A stretch of DNA of 47,306 bases, from NCBI GenBank assembly GCA_025603075.1, contig MU626411.1:1-47306 (forward strand), written 5' to 3'. This DNA comes from Neoconidiobolus thromboides FSU 785 (taxonomy: Eukaryota; Fungi; Entomophthoromycota). This document shows, one piece after another, positions 22,823-36,200 of this stretch. Within the stretch, counting starts at the first letter, position 1. Every line of letters begins with the position of its first letter. A model generated the notes under the pieces. The model searched no databases. It was not told the origin of the DNA and was given only the letters and a program-made list of their open reading frames with translations. Position numbers and translations under genes: made by a program.

Positions 22823-24247
22823 ATGTTGCTATTTTTACTTCTATCTTTCGTATTCTATGATATCAACGGTATAATACCGAGAGTAAATTATGGTCAATGT
22901 ATGGTAATAGAAGATGAATTATATTATTTAAATAGGAGGATCGACATACCGAACATAGGAATATTAAATGAAGAAAACAAGCAAGTATTTCAATTAGATT
23001 TTACAAAAGGTGTAAAGTTAGTTGGTAATATGGCTGAATGGGAAGCATACAATATGACTAATCCGATTTCAATATTTCTAACATTTAGTAAGTATTTTTA
23101 TGTTGGAAATCGAATTTCAATGGCTTTTCATGGCTATAGTGATAAAGAAACAATAACATTTAGTTATTTTAATCTTAAAACAATGTAATGGAGTGAACAT
23201 AATTATAAAGAGCTTCGTCAAGTAAACAGATCGAGGATATTCAGTAATGACAATGAAGATAGTAAATATGAACTTGATATTTTGCAAGATAAGAAGAATT
23301 TAAATCGATTTTATATTTCTAATAAAATTACATTGTCTCCAGCTTTACCAGCTAAATTAGTATTGTTTGATATCCAAACTAAAAAAATAAAGACCGTCTA
23401 CCAATCAAAAAAAGGATATTACATGCAGCAACTATTCATTAGTAATAACAAACTATATTACTATGAAATAGCAACTGAAAGCAGTTTAACTGCCAATGAT
23501 AGGTTATTGCATGAGTTTGATTTAACTTCATATAAAATAAGAAAATACAATGTCAATTTTAAGGACCTTAGGATTTTATCTATAGTTGAGTTTAATCAAC
23601 CTGTTTATTTTATTACTGATACTGATAAAATAGCTATCTATGAACTTCAATTTCGAACGTTTGAGCTAAAACTACTAAATAAAACAATTATAATCAGTAG
23701 TGGTGTATATTTTACTACCTATAAAGATTATTTAATAATTTCCTTTGGTTCAAATAGGATTAATCCTGTTGAGTATGAAAAACTACCTAAAGATAATCCA
23801 AATGACTATCCTGTAGCAGATTTCTCTGAAAGTTCTAATGAAATCAAAATTTTCAATTTAGTTAATTGGGAACAAGTAGACGTTATACCTTCAAGTAATA
23901 ATGAAGATAAGAGTATATAAGTGATTGATAATTTTAAGGATACTACAAATGATAATATAAACGGATTGTTGATTAAGAGTATTTTGGGCGGGATAGGAGG
24001 AGTGCTTTTAATTACAGGCATTGTAGTATTTATAATACATGAATATAAATCAAAGAAAAAAAAGCCTCCGAACATGATTACTGAGCCCATTTATATTAAA
24101 CCAATTAACCCATTAGATGGTAACAACAGTTATTTCAATACTGAGATTTTTAGTCATTCACATGAAATTGATAACGTCGCTACTCTACTGCCTTTAGAAG
24201 CATGTATTAAAATTCCAAGAGATATAGACACAAATAAAGAAAAATAA
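22823..24247 (+). pseudogene. Kelch-like single-pass membrane family copy A; one frame with two in-frame TAA stops
   Basis: ORFs 22823-23188, 23282-23920 and 23921-24247 share one frame and are collinear with the intact paralog 43994-45418 (IPRV..G.C..EDELYY, GN.AEWE.YN, WEQVD, PI.IKP.NPLD, EIFSHS.EIDNV). Stops are at 23186-23188 and 23918-23920. Confidence 0.8.
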
Positions 24248-24469
24248 TTTTTTTACATATCAAACTTTGTCAACATTTCTTATATATATTTACATAAATT
24301 TAAATTAAATATTGATTATTCATGAACTATAAAAATTAAACGCTATTAGTATTTAGGTTTCATATCCCATACTAATTGAAAGTTAATTTAAATGTTATCA
24401 AAATAGTTTTTGAATAAATTTTTTCGTTAACTTCCTGAATAGAATGGTTGGCAATAGAAATTATTTTAT

Positions 24470-25889
24470 ACGATTTGAAATATTATTTTTTTCTCTATTT
24501 CCACCTGTAGTTGATAAATCTTTAATACATGTGTTTCAATATCCAATATGATAACAGCGTCATCAATTTTTTGCAAATGACTAAACATTCCAGTGCTATA
24601 ATAATCACTTTTGACATTTAATCGTTAAATCAGCTCAAGAAATATAGATTTACCAATGAAATTTGGGGACCTTTTTTTTTGATAAGTTACATTTATACAA
24701 TACAAATACTGTAAGTACTGTTATTAGAATCACTACGCCTACCTCTACCACAATCCCTCCAATTAATGAACTAGCGTCATTGTTTAATACTCTTGTAGGA
24801 TTACCTTTATTTTTATCTATTGGAGGTATACCATCTAGTTATTCCCAGGTAGTCAAATTATATATTTGAGCTCTATTTGAACTTTCAGCAGCAGTGGGAG
24901 GGATATAGTTATTTGTTATAATACTAAATTTATGTGGTTCGATTATATAAGCCACCAAGGGAGCTTATTAAACATTCTTTGTAAATAGTAAGACGCTCAT
25001 GATCATTAAATATAGCTTCTATTGTCTATTTGTTTAAGTTAAAAATTGAAAATGAAACATAGATTTCAGCTTGAACAATACTACCAGGATTAAAAATAAA
25101 GCAAACTAAATTATTAGATTCAATTCTAGATAATTCTAAATGTTTTACGAAATCAATGTCATACTTTTCTATTTTATGTGATGTTAAATGTAATCAAAAT
25201 AATATTTTGATATCACTAATTAGTATAGATTCGTCTCCTAGTATTTCAAAATAGTATAATTCATTATTATATATATATTGTTGATATATAAAATAAGCTC
25301 TCTATTTGATTTATGAACTGTTTTTGCTTATTTAGCGTTTATATCAAATAATAACATTTTGTGATAAAATTGGTAAAGAAAGTTCAATTATAACGTAAAA
25401 CTTATTTAGATTATGGCCATATATGTTAAACATTAAAGCGAAAATGTTGATTCATACTATCTTTTTCAGAAAAAAATGTGTAAAAGATTTGGTGAAATTC
25501 GCCAATACTATATTCGACATACTATTCCTTTTTTTCAGTATTAAAATGAGTGTAGCTCAATGTCACTTCTGCTCTATATTGATCAAAAGGAGATAATGGT
25601 TTATTTCCAATAAGAAAACACCATTATATCGATCGACAAGCCTTGGTCAATTGGTCATATTATATACTTCCCATTCAGCCATATTACCAACTAACTCTGT
25701 TCCATTTTTTGAACCTAACTTAAATAACTGATTGTTAGCTTTTTGTAAGTCTATGTTTGGTAAATAAATAGGTTGATCCAAGTAATATAATTTATTATCT
25801 ATTGTTATACATTTATTATCAGTTACTCTTGGTACTACTGCTTTAGTTTTATAGAATAGAAATAACAGTAAAAAAATTTGAACTAAAAT
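24470..25889 (-). pseudogene. Kelch-like single-pass membrane family copy B, decayed (no ATG, stops, frameshifts); ends approximate
   Basis: The minus strand translates to VVPRVTDNKCITIDNKLYYL, LVGNMAEWEVYNMTN*, YTHFNTEKKE*Y, WE*LDGIPP, a TM segment and YYSTGMFSHLQKIDDA, all homologous to copy D. Confidence 0.8.
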
Positions 25890-26084
25890 CTGAATAATTG
25901 AGTATAAGTTCCAATCAGAAGTTACAGGGTGTTTTTAGCAATTGATTATCTCGAATATTGTTCCAAATATGTTTTATCACACTAATTTAAGGTCAAATTA
26001 AAACTTCTGTTAACTAATTCATAATTATTAAATAGCAAATAATCGGTGGTATTTAAATTGTCAATTTGCTTTTTCTTTCTTTCT

Positions 26085-27581
26085 TTAATGGCTTTTAAAC
26101 CCTTGAGTTTGTCTTTCAATGGATAGTGTGATAATAGCTTCATCATCCTCTTGTAAATGACTAAAAACACATGTATTATAATAAATATTATTAGCATATA
26201 AAACGTCAACCAGTTCAATGAAAATAGGCATAGCAATAATATTTGGAAGTTTTCTTTTTAAATTTATGTTTATGGAATATAAAAACTATCATTACTACTA
26301 TGATAACTCCAGCTGTTTCGTATACAACACTCTCAATTAGTGAGCTATTGTCACTACTTCTATTGTATTTATTACGACCACTTGTTTTTTCATTTTATTA
26401 TTCCCGTTATCATTGCCACTATCCAATAACGGTATACCATCTACTTGTTTCTAATCTATTATATTAAACATATTAGTATTATTTGAGCTTTCATTATTTC
26501 TAATTGGATTTGTTCGCCACGCTTTACTTCTACATATAGTTGGTGGAATTTCTAATTTCATCTGGATTATCATGCTTTTCTTCTAAAGTGTAGCTAGTTG
26601 AGTTACTTTTCGACGGCTTTTCAACTTCAGTAAGATTAATTATATTTATGTTAAATAAACTCATGAAATAATTCCTATACGTAACAAGGCATCCATTACT
26701 ATTAAACGGGATTCTTTCGTTTGTTTTTCAAATTCAAGTGGTCGAAGTTATAGTTAATAAATAACAACTCTACCATCATAATTCTTATCGCCAAAAGAAT
26801 AAACTGATTGACTAAATTCTACTATATAAAATACCACAGAACCATCAAAGTTGACGTTATACTGTTTAATTTCATACGGGCTTAAACCTAATTGATACAA
26901 TACCCTATCATCAACTATTAAATCAGATCTATCAGATCTTTTAAGGAAATATAATTTATTATTATTAATAAATAATTAATCACTATAATTACCTCCCTTT
27001 GACAAATAGTTTCCACTTCTTTAGTCTGGGTATCGAATGGTGGTAATTTTAGTAGAAAAGTTAATCACTTGTACTTGTTAGAAATATAAAATATATTTAA
27101 ACTTTTTCCATCATGTAATATCTTAAGCTCCTGTTCACGATCTATAATGCTCTTTTCAACAGTAGATGTCATATTTATTTGATAAAGCTTTTTCATAAAA
27201 CATTCTTTACTCTACCTCATTTTTTCAATATTCAAGTAATTACATTTAAGCTTGAACTTCTTAACAAATTATTGTAGAAAACCACCAACCCATTATTTCC
27301 AGTATATAAGAGATTGAGTATTCTCATAGGTTGTTTCAGTGGATTACTTAGTCATAATTTTTCCAATTAGCAGTATTACCACTTAATTTTACACCTTTTT
27401 TGAAATCCAGTTTAAACATCTGCCTATTATCTCTTTCTGAATTTATATTTGATGTCTGAGCATATGTATTTATATAATATAGCTTGTCATCTATCACTAT
27501 ATATTTACCATCATATAACTCCAGCACTATTGTATTAACTTTATATATTAAAAGGCTGATGAAAATTCAAAGTAGTAACAT
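26085..27581 (-). pseudogene. Kelch-like single-pass membrane family copy C, heavily decayed
   Basis: The minus strand gives MLLL*IFISLL..YIVIDDKLYY, RQMFKLDFKKGVKLSGNTANW, NIEKMR*S, D*KQVDGIP, a TM segment and PIFIELVD...YYNTCVFSHLQEDD, with several frameshifts. Confidence 0.75.
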
Positions 27582-27884
27582 GCTTTTAGAAAAGTTAAAT
27601 AAACAATCAATTTGGCTTTATAAATACTTGTAAGCATTTTATTAAATTATAAAGAGTCCAAGGACCCATCTAGATTTAAATAATATAAAATTGGGTGTGG
27701 TTTATGGTTGTACAAGAAAAACTTCATATTAAAAAATAGATACCACTGATAGTTTTTATAAGATAAAAGCCCATACTTCTAAATATAAGCTAATACTAAC
27801 ACTAATATCAGCGTTGGGCCAATATTTTTAATTTGATTGAGATTTGTTTGGTGGAATTCTTTATATTGAAATACGGTTTTTATT

Positions 27885-27985
27885 TGGGGATGCTTTTTTT
27901 TATTTCATTACTTTTTCCACCTTTTAAGCGCTATTTGAGCGGAAAATTTGTTAGTAAAATTCTTAAACACAAGAATACATCCCCA
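27885..27985 (-). mobile_element. MITE-like element copy 6 (perfect TGGGGATG/CATCCCCA termini; flanks TT rather than TA)
   Basis: TGGGGATG...AAGCGCTATTTGAGCGGAAAATTTGTTAGTAAAATTCTTAAACACAAGAATACATCCCCA. Confidence 0.85.
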
Positions 27986-28226
27986 TTTGTTTGTTGATTT
28001 TCTGTGAAAATATCCATTAAAAAATATCTTCAGATGTTATATTAACAAAAACTATACAAGAGATTCGTAAATATTAAATAAAGACAGATCAAATGCTCAA
28101 ATCTTTTTTGATATCTTTTATACAGATGAGTTTATATTATAATTAATTAACAATTTGTTAACAATGCCTATATACTTATAAAAATTAAAGTTTCAAAGTA
28201 CGATATATAATTATTTTAAATCAGAA

Positions 28227-28268
28227 TTTTTTTATTTTTTTATTTTTTTATTTTTTTACTTTTTTTAC
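28227..28268. repeat. (T7A)3(T7AC)2 low-complexity tandem repeat
   Basis: Read directly: regularly spaced runs of seven T. Confidence 0.7.
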
Positions 28269-29323
28269 TACAAACGATTTAATTTTAATAGAATAATTCA
28301 TTGACATAGTGTAAATACAAATATATAAATGCTTTTTAAATTTCATCAATTTTTAGATTGTTGAGTACTACTTAAGTGAAAAAGTTAATAAAATTCTTAA
28401 AAAGATATATCCTCATATAACTAAATACATTTATTAAATTTACTAATGTAATAGTTATAATAAGCAAAACAGTCGGCTTTAACTTTTTCAAACAGCACAG
28501 ATCCCAAATAAACAATAAATAGCAACAAACCAGAATAGATTATCAACATAGTTGGTTTAGTTTATCTAATATTAAAATATGATACTACAATTAAATGTGG
28601 ATAAATAGTTTAAAAGTTGCTATTTTCGAATGTGGGTTTTGGTTTTATAATAATTTACTAAACTAGAATGTTAATTAATTAAACAAGTATAGTTATTATA
28701 AATTTAAACCATGATATTACATTACCTTGAAATTGAACAAAATGTTTCTTAGTAGTTAATTAGTAGGTCAAATTTAAATTTAACAAGAGATAAATAATAT
28801 GCTAAAGTATGTTGTAATTACATTATACACAACTTTAAAGATGTTATTTTATTATTAATATACCCAAGTGATAATCTACAGATTGTAAATGAATTATTTG
28901 CACTTGTAGCCAAAGTACAATGAAAACCCTTTTTTGTCCATTCCTGTAAAGATTGGAATATTACTAAATATGTTTCACTCTCAATAGCATTTTATCAGAA
29001 TTTTTAGCAACTAATGACTCAAGCGTAGCAATTACTCTATCAATTGTATCATGATAGTTTTATTATATTGTATTATTAAATATTTGATTTAACATTTAAA
29101 TAATCTATTATCTTATCAAGGCTCAGCATTTAAGATATCCTTAAAACAAGCCCTTAATTATCAAATAACATTTATAACCCAATGTAAACTAGTGCGTGTA
29201 ACTAAATGTAGTTTATTCTCACTATCAATAGGATAATTGATCTCCGTTTCATTTTTTAAAATGGGCAATGAAATCTTCCTTTATTCTCACACTAATTCCC
29301 GAAATCCCACTTATTGAATTTGC

Positions 29324-29987
29324 CCAATCAATCTCCCTGACTTCAAATTCTTACAAAAACCACCAATTTAGGCCAGCTTAACTTGCTGCTATTTTCCCAC
29401 CATGCTAAAGTTCATTGGCTGCTCTAAGATTAAAAGATACCTTTATTTTATGATTAATGCTCCAAATCTCCCTTTTATTTCAAATTGATTAGAATATCAC
29501 TTATGATTGGCTATAGTGAAAGGGATAAGGTTGATTACTGATTATTTAATTTTTTAAATTTTCCCACGCTAATCAAAACTTACCTTTTAAAATAAAAGCA
29601 TGGGTTCAATTTCACCCCCTAATTTATATTACATCACCTTAATTTGCTAATTGTACACTATCTGCTGTATCCCTTGAATGTTAACCATAGCCTTTATCTT
29701 ATCTTTTTTGTTAGGTGTGGTAAATAATTAGAACTTTATATTGTAAAGGGATAAGAATGTTGTGATTTTTTGGTATTTTGGATAATCGAAATAGAATAAC
29801 ACAATAGTTTCAATTACCTCATCTATTTTTTAAACTAATAATAATTTATTAATAAATTTTAAAATAAAATCTAGTATTTCGAAAATAGCGTCATAGAGAG
29901 GCGACTTTCTAAATTTGGTATAGTTTAACAGCCGAGATTAGGTTTCTATGCCCAAAATTAAACTTCCAGGTATTAATTTATGATAAG
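29324..29987 (+). promoter_or_regulatory. Putative FAS upstream regulatory region with clustered CCAAT boxes and GATAAG sites
   Basis: CCAAT at 29324 and 29363. ATTGG(CT) at 29414 and 29506. GATAAG/CTTATC at 29524, 29698, 29750 and 29982. The region is locally richer in C/G than its flanks. Confidence 0.4.
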
Positions 29988-30294
29988 TTAGAAATGAAAA
30001 GAATAAATACTCATCAAAAAGAAATTCATTTTTTTTGATCTTTTAACTTTTAATTGTTAAGTGTGTAACAATTTATTCAAAATTTCTCTTTAGTATCTCA
30101 ACTATCGAAATCCAATCCTATTAAAATTTCGATTCGTTTATTCTGTTTAATCATTGAATTTTTATCTAAACGTTCAATAACACTCTAGTTTATATCTCTT
30201 CCAATCCATCCATTTTATAAAAGTAAGTTTTCTATTTTATTCCCACCCCTTTCTAATCTTTATAGATTTACCTGTACTCAACACTTTATAAATA

Positions 30295-33200
30295 ATGGCC
30301 TTACGTTCTCGTCAACACTCTTTTAGTGCTGGTTTACAAGCCTCACGCCCTTTAAATATCAAAAACAACTCGGTAGAGGTGAGCATCTTGTTTTCTAATG
30401 AAATTTGGAACTCTGCCGAACAACTACGTGAAGAATTCTCTTTACAACCATTACCGGAAACGATCTTACCTGAAGAATTGTCTCCTATCGAACTCATCGC
30501 TTTATTCCTTAGCTTCGCTGTAGATCGTGCTGAAACTGATGATATCCAATCTTTTTATCCAGTGGTACGTGTAGTATTTTTCCATCTTCGCGATGTATTT
30601 TTAAAGAAAAACGATGTCCATTCAGCCACAAAACAATTACCCTTAGCTAACCGCAACGTTATAATCCAAGCTTATTTCTATGCCTTAAGTGTACTTCGTA
30701 AAGAAGGCATCCTCTTTGGCGATGATTGCCCAGCCCCAAGCTCAGCCTTATTTACTGCTTCTCGTAGAAAGGACGCTGCTTTATTTGCTGTATTTGGTGG
30801 TCAAGGTAACAGTGAGGAATACTTTGATGAGCTTATTGAGCTTTTTAGTCTCTATGAAGGTATCGTACGTCCTTTCATCACGAAAATGTCTTCAATTTTG
30901 AGATCTCATGCTCTCAGTACAGAGGCTACTGCTTTCCATTCAAAAGGTCTTAATGTCATACGCTGGTTAGAAAACCCAGAAGCTCGTCCAGATGTCCCTT
31001 ATCTTGTTTCCGCTCCAGTTAGTTTACCAATGATTGGTCTTATCCAGCTTACGCATTATCTCGTTGCTATGAAAGTATTGGATATGTCACCAGATCAACT
31101 TCGTAACCATTTCCACGGAGCTACTGGCCATTCTCAAGGTATTATTTCCGCCGTTGTAATTGCTTCTTCTTCAAATGAAGAGAGCTTTTATGAAAATGCA
31201 GAAAAAGCTTTAGGCTTACTTTTCTGGATTGGTACCCGCTCTCAACAAATCTACCCTCAAGTAACCCTTAATCCAACCATTCTCAAAGACTCCATCTCAA
31301 ATGGAGAAGGCAATCCAAGTGTGATGTTAGCTATTTACAATCTTCGTTTAGCCGAAGTCCAAAAATATGTAGAAGCTACTAACCAACATTTACCTAAGGA
31401 TCGTCAAATCTATATCAATCTCATTAATGGGCCACGCTCTATTATCTGTGTTGGTCATCCTCAAAGTTTACATGGTCTTAATTTAACTTTACGTAAAATC
31501 AAAGCACCATCTGGTTTAGATCAATCCCGTGTCCCACATTCTCAAAGAAAACAAAAGTTTTCTTCCAGGTTCTTACCAATTACTGCGCCTTTCCACAGTG
31601 AATATTTGGTCAAGGCACCAGAAAGGATAGCTCAAGATATTGCTAAGTTCAATTTAGAATTCCGTAGCAAAGACCTTGCTATTCCTATCTTATCTACACT
31701 CAATGGTAAAGATTTACGTAACAGTGAAACTTTAACTGAAGATTTGGTCAAACTAATCTGTGTCCATCCAATCAACTGGGAAAAAGCAACTGATGTATCT
31801 TCTCTTACTCATGTAATTGACTTTGGACCAGGAGGTACTTCAGGTATTGGTGGTTTGACTTACCGTAATAAAGAGGGTACTGGTGTTCAAGTCATTTTAG
31901 CTGGTACTCTTCAAGGGGGTAATCAACATCTTTCTTATAAAGCTGATTTATTTGACAACGACCCAACTGCTGTCAAATATTCTCCAAATTGGGGTGAAGC
32001 TTTCCGTCCAAAGTTGGCCAAAATCTCCAGTACTGGCAAGATTTTAGTTGATACTCGCTTCAGCAGATTAATTGGTAAGGCACCTTTAATGGTAGCTGGT
32101 ATGACTCCATGTACTGTCCCTTCCAAATTTGTATCTGCCGTAATTAATGCTGGTTATCATGTTGAATTAGCAGGTGGAGGTCATTTCAGTGAAGAAATGT
32201 TCCGTGATAAAATCAAGGACATTATGACTAAAATTCAACCAGGAGAAAGTATTACCGTTAATATCCTTTTCCTTAATGCTTTCCAATGGGGTTTCCAATT
32301 TCCTTTAGTCCAAAAGATGAAGCAAGAAGGTTATCCAATTGAAGGTATTTGTTGTGCTGCTGGTACTCCATCTCCTGATGTAGCTAATGATATTGTATCT
32401 CAAATCAAAAATGCAGGCTTAAAACACATCTCCTTCAAACCAGGATCAGTATCTGCTATCCGCCAAGTCATTCAAATTGCCGTCAACAATCCAGACATGC
32501 CAATCATCATGCAATGGACTGGTGGTCGTGCTGGTGGTCATCATTCTTTTGAAGATTTCCATCAACCAATTCTTGAAACTTATGCTTCCATTCGTCAGCA
32601 ATCTAACATTATTTTAATTGCTGGTTCTGGTTTTGGTTCCCATGAGGATACTTTACCCTACATTACTGGTGAATGGTCAGGTGTTTACGATTATCCATCT
32701 ATGCCTTTCGATGGTGTATTGTTTGGTTCTCGTGTTATGGTTGCTGCTGAATCTGAAGCTGCAGATGAAGTTAAGGCTTTAATTGTTAATGCCCCTGGTG
32801 TTGAAGACAAAGACTGGGAAAATACCTATACTCGTGAAACTGGTGGTATTTTAACTGTAAAATCTGAACTTGGTGAGCCTATCCATAAGGTAGCTAACCG
32901 TGGTATTCGTTTCTGGAAAGAAATGGATGACACTATTTTTACTTTACCAAAGAACAAACGTCAAGCTGTACTTGATAATAAGAAGGATTATATCATTAAA
33001 CGCTTAAATGCAGACTTTCAAAAGGTATGGTTTGGTAAAAAAGCCGATGGTAACCCAGCTGACCTTCAAGATATGACTTATGCTGAAGTCGTCAATCGCT
33101 TAGTTGAGCTTACTTATATCAACCATCAACAACGTTGGATTGATGTATCTCTTCGTCGATTTGTAGGTGACTTTATGGTTCGTTTAGAAGAGCGTTTTAT

Positions 33201-36200
33201 TTCAACTAAAAAAGCATCCTTACTTCAAGATTATAATCAAATTCAACAGCCTCATGAATTTGTTAAATCTTTCCTTGAAGCTTATCCAGAAAGTTCAAAA
33301 CAATTATTAACTACTGAAGATATTCAATATTTCTTAAGTCAATGTTTACGTCGTGATCAAAAACCAGTACCTTTTATTCCAGTATTAGATTCTAACTTAG
33401 AGTTCTGGTTTAAAAAGGATAGTTTATGGCAATCTGAAGACTTACAAGCCGTACCTGAACAAGATGTTGAACGTGCTGCCATTCTTCATGGTCCTATTGC
33501 TGCTAAGCATTCTACCGAATACAATGTTCCTGTAAAAGATATCTTGGATGGTATCCATAATGGTCACATCCAGAGTTTATTAAACAAGTATTATAATGGT
33601 GATGAGTCTTCTATTCCTACTATTGAGTATATTGGTGGCACTCAAAATAACTATCCCGAATATGTCCCAAAGGATGTTTTAGCCATCACTGATCCTGTAA
33701 ACCCAGATATAATTGTTTATGAAACTAGTGCTTCAGGAGCACTCCCAAGTACTGAAGCTTGGCTAGAGCTTATCTCTGGACCAAAAGAAGGATGGTTAAG
33801 GGCTATTCTTACTTCTCCTTTGATTGTACAAGGTAATATGACCGTGAAAAATCCATTGCTTAAAGTATTCCGTCCAAGAAGAAATCAAAAAGTAACCATT
33901 CAATTTGCCAATAACAACAATCATTCACTTAAAGTGTATGAAGGTACTGGTAAAAATTCACGCCTTGCTATCAAAGCTGAAATCAATGGTGATAAACAAA
34001 TTGACGTTACCTTCTTTGAAAAGAAGGGTGCTGAAGAAGTTGCTTTAACTTTCCCTTACTTATATAAACCTGAACAAGGTTATGCTCCTATCCATGAAGT
34101 AATGGAGGGTAGAAACGATCGTATCAAAAAGTTCTACTACAATCTTTGGTTTGGTAGTGATGAGTATGATAGCATCAGCAATGACCCTAACTTTGAATTC
34201 ATTGCTCAAGGAGAAAAAGTTTCTCGTGAAGAAATTAGCAAATTCTGCCAAGCAGTTGGTAATCAAGCAGAACTATATGTTGATCGTGGTCAAGATATTT
34301 TAACAGCTCCAGTTGATTTTGCTATTGTTGTTGGATGGAAATCCATTATCAAAGCTATTTTCCCTAAGTTTATCGATGGTGATTTACTTAAATTAGTTCA
34401 TCTTTCCAATGGTTTCCGCTTATTTGAAAATGTACGTCCATTACAAAGTGGTGATGTAGTAGATACCCATGCCAAAATCACTGCCTTAGTAAATAATGAA
34501 TCTGGTAAATTAGTACAAGTCAAAGGTACTGTTAAGAGAGATGGAGTTGATGTAATGGAAGTTAACAGTCAATTCCTTTACCGTGGTAAATTTACTGACT
34601 TTGAACATACTTTCCGCAACTCTGATGAAATTCCAATGGAGATTGTATTACCAACTTCAAGAGAAATTGCTGTACTTAAATCCAAATCTTGGTTCATTTG
34701 GGAACGTAATGATGTCCATTTAACTCCTGGTTCTACTCTTACTTTCCGTTTAAACACCCACTCCAAATTCAAGTCCACCAATGTTTATTCTGAACTTAAA
34801 ACAACTGGTTCTGTATTTATGCAAATCCCTACTAAAGAAGTAGTTAAAGTAGCTTCAGTCAATTATATTTCTGGTGAATCTCATGGTAACCCAGTAATTG
34901 AATATCTCAAGAGATTAGGTCAATCCATTGACCAAGCCACTTTATTTGAAAATGGAGGCTATTCAGTTATGCCAAAAGGAGATGATTTCAATTCCTCTGT
35001 ACAAACTCCTTCTTCTAATTTCTCTTATGCTCAAGTATCTCAAGATCTTAACCCTATCCACGTAAACCCTTACTTTGCTGATTTAGCTGATTTACCCGGT
35101 ACTATTACTCATGGTATGTGGTCCAGTGCTTCTACTCGTAAATTTGTTGAAACTTTTGCAGCTGATAATCATCCACTTAGAGTCACTGCCTATGATGTAT
35201 CTTTCCAAGGTATGGTACTTCCAGGTGATCAACTTACTACCAATTTATTCCACATTGGTATGCAAGAGGGTAAAAAGATTATCAAAGTTGAAACCATCAA
35301 TCAACATGGTGACAAAGTATTAGCTGGTACAGCTGAAGTTGAACAACCTTCTACTGCTTATGTATTTACTGGTCAAGGTTCTCAAGAAGTTGGTATGGGT
35401 ATGGCTTTATATGATTCTTCCCCAGTAGCTCGTAAGATTTGGGACCAAGCTGATTCCCATTACTTAAAGAATTACGGGTTCTCTATCTTAGATATTGTAC
35501 GCAATAATCCAAAAGAGCATACTATCCATTTCGGTGGTAGTGAAGGTAAAGCTATCCGTAAAAACTATATTAGCATGACCTATGATAAAGTGGATGAAGA
35601 TGGTACCGTACGTACTTACCCTATCTTCCCACAAATTAATGAAAGGTCTACTTCGTTTACTTTTATTTCTCCTAATGGCTTACTTTCTGCTACCCAATTT
35701 ACTCAACCCGCTTTGACTTTAATGGAAAAAGCTGCATTTGAAGACATGAAAGCTAAGGGTTTGATTCAACGTGGATGTCCATTTGCTGGTCATTCTTTAG
35801 GTGAATATGCTGCTTTAGCTGCTATTGGTAAGGTACTCCATGTTGATGCTGTAGCTGATCTTGTTTTCTATCGTGGTATGACTATGCAATCTGCTGTACA
35901 AAGAGATTCTTTGGGTCGTTCTAACTTTGGTATGGTGGCTGTTAACCCAAGTCGTGTAAGTAAGTCCCTTAATGAAACTTACCTTAAATATGTGGTTGAT
36001 GCTATTGCTCACCAAAGTGCTGGTTTACTTCAAATTGTCAATTATAACGTCGAAAACTGGCAATACGTTGTCTCTGGTGAATTGACTAATCTCGAAACTT
36101 TAGCTAACGTCTTAAATTACATGAAATCATCCAACATTGATTTAGCCAATTTGATGAAGACAATGACTTTAGATCAAGTTAAAGAGCATCTTACTTCTAT

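Noticed and set aside
22823-24247. Stop-codon reassignment (TAA as a sense codon) or A-to-I editing to explain the in-frame stops
   Set aside because: Conserved genes in the window (FAS, AACS, AKR, SUN, EMC8) end in TAA, so it is a true stop. The first TAA aligns to Glu, not the Trp that editing would give. The TAG-for-TGG cases sit in copies B and C, which also have frameshifts.
24470-27581. RIP-like CpA-to-TpA mutation in the duplicated genes (TGG>TAG at 25522, 27212 and 26451; CAA>TAA at 24839)
   Set aside because: Ascertainment bias: any transition that creates TAA or TAG is necessarily in a CpA context. A full dinucleotide substitution analysis would be needed, so RIP is not claimed.
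28450-29110. Possible decayed minus-strand gene with a C-terminal TM (MLIIYSGLLLFIVYLGSVLF)
   Set aside because: The fragments contain stops and frameshifts, and no consistent exon chain or family could be established.
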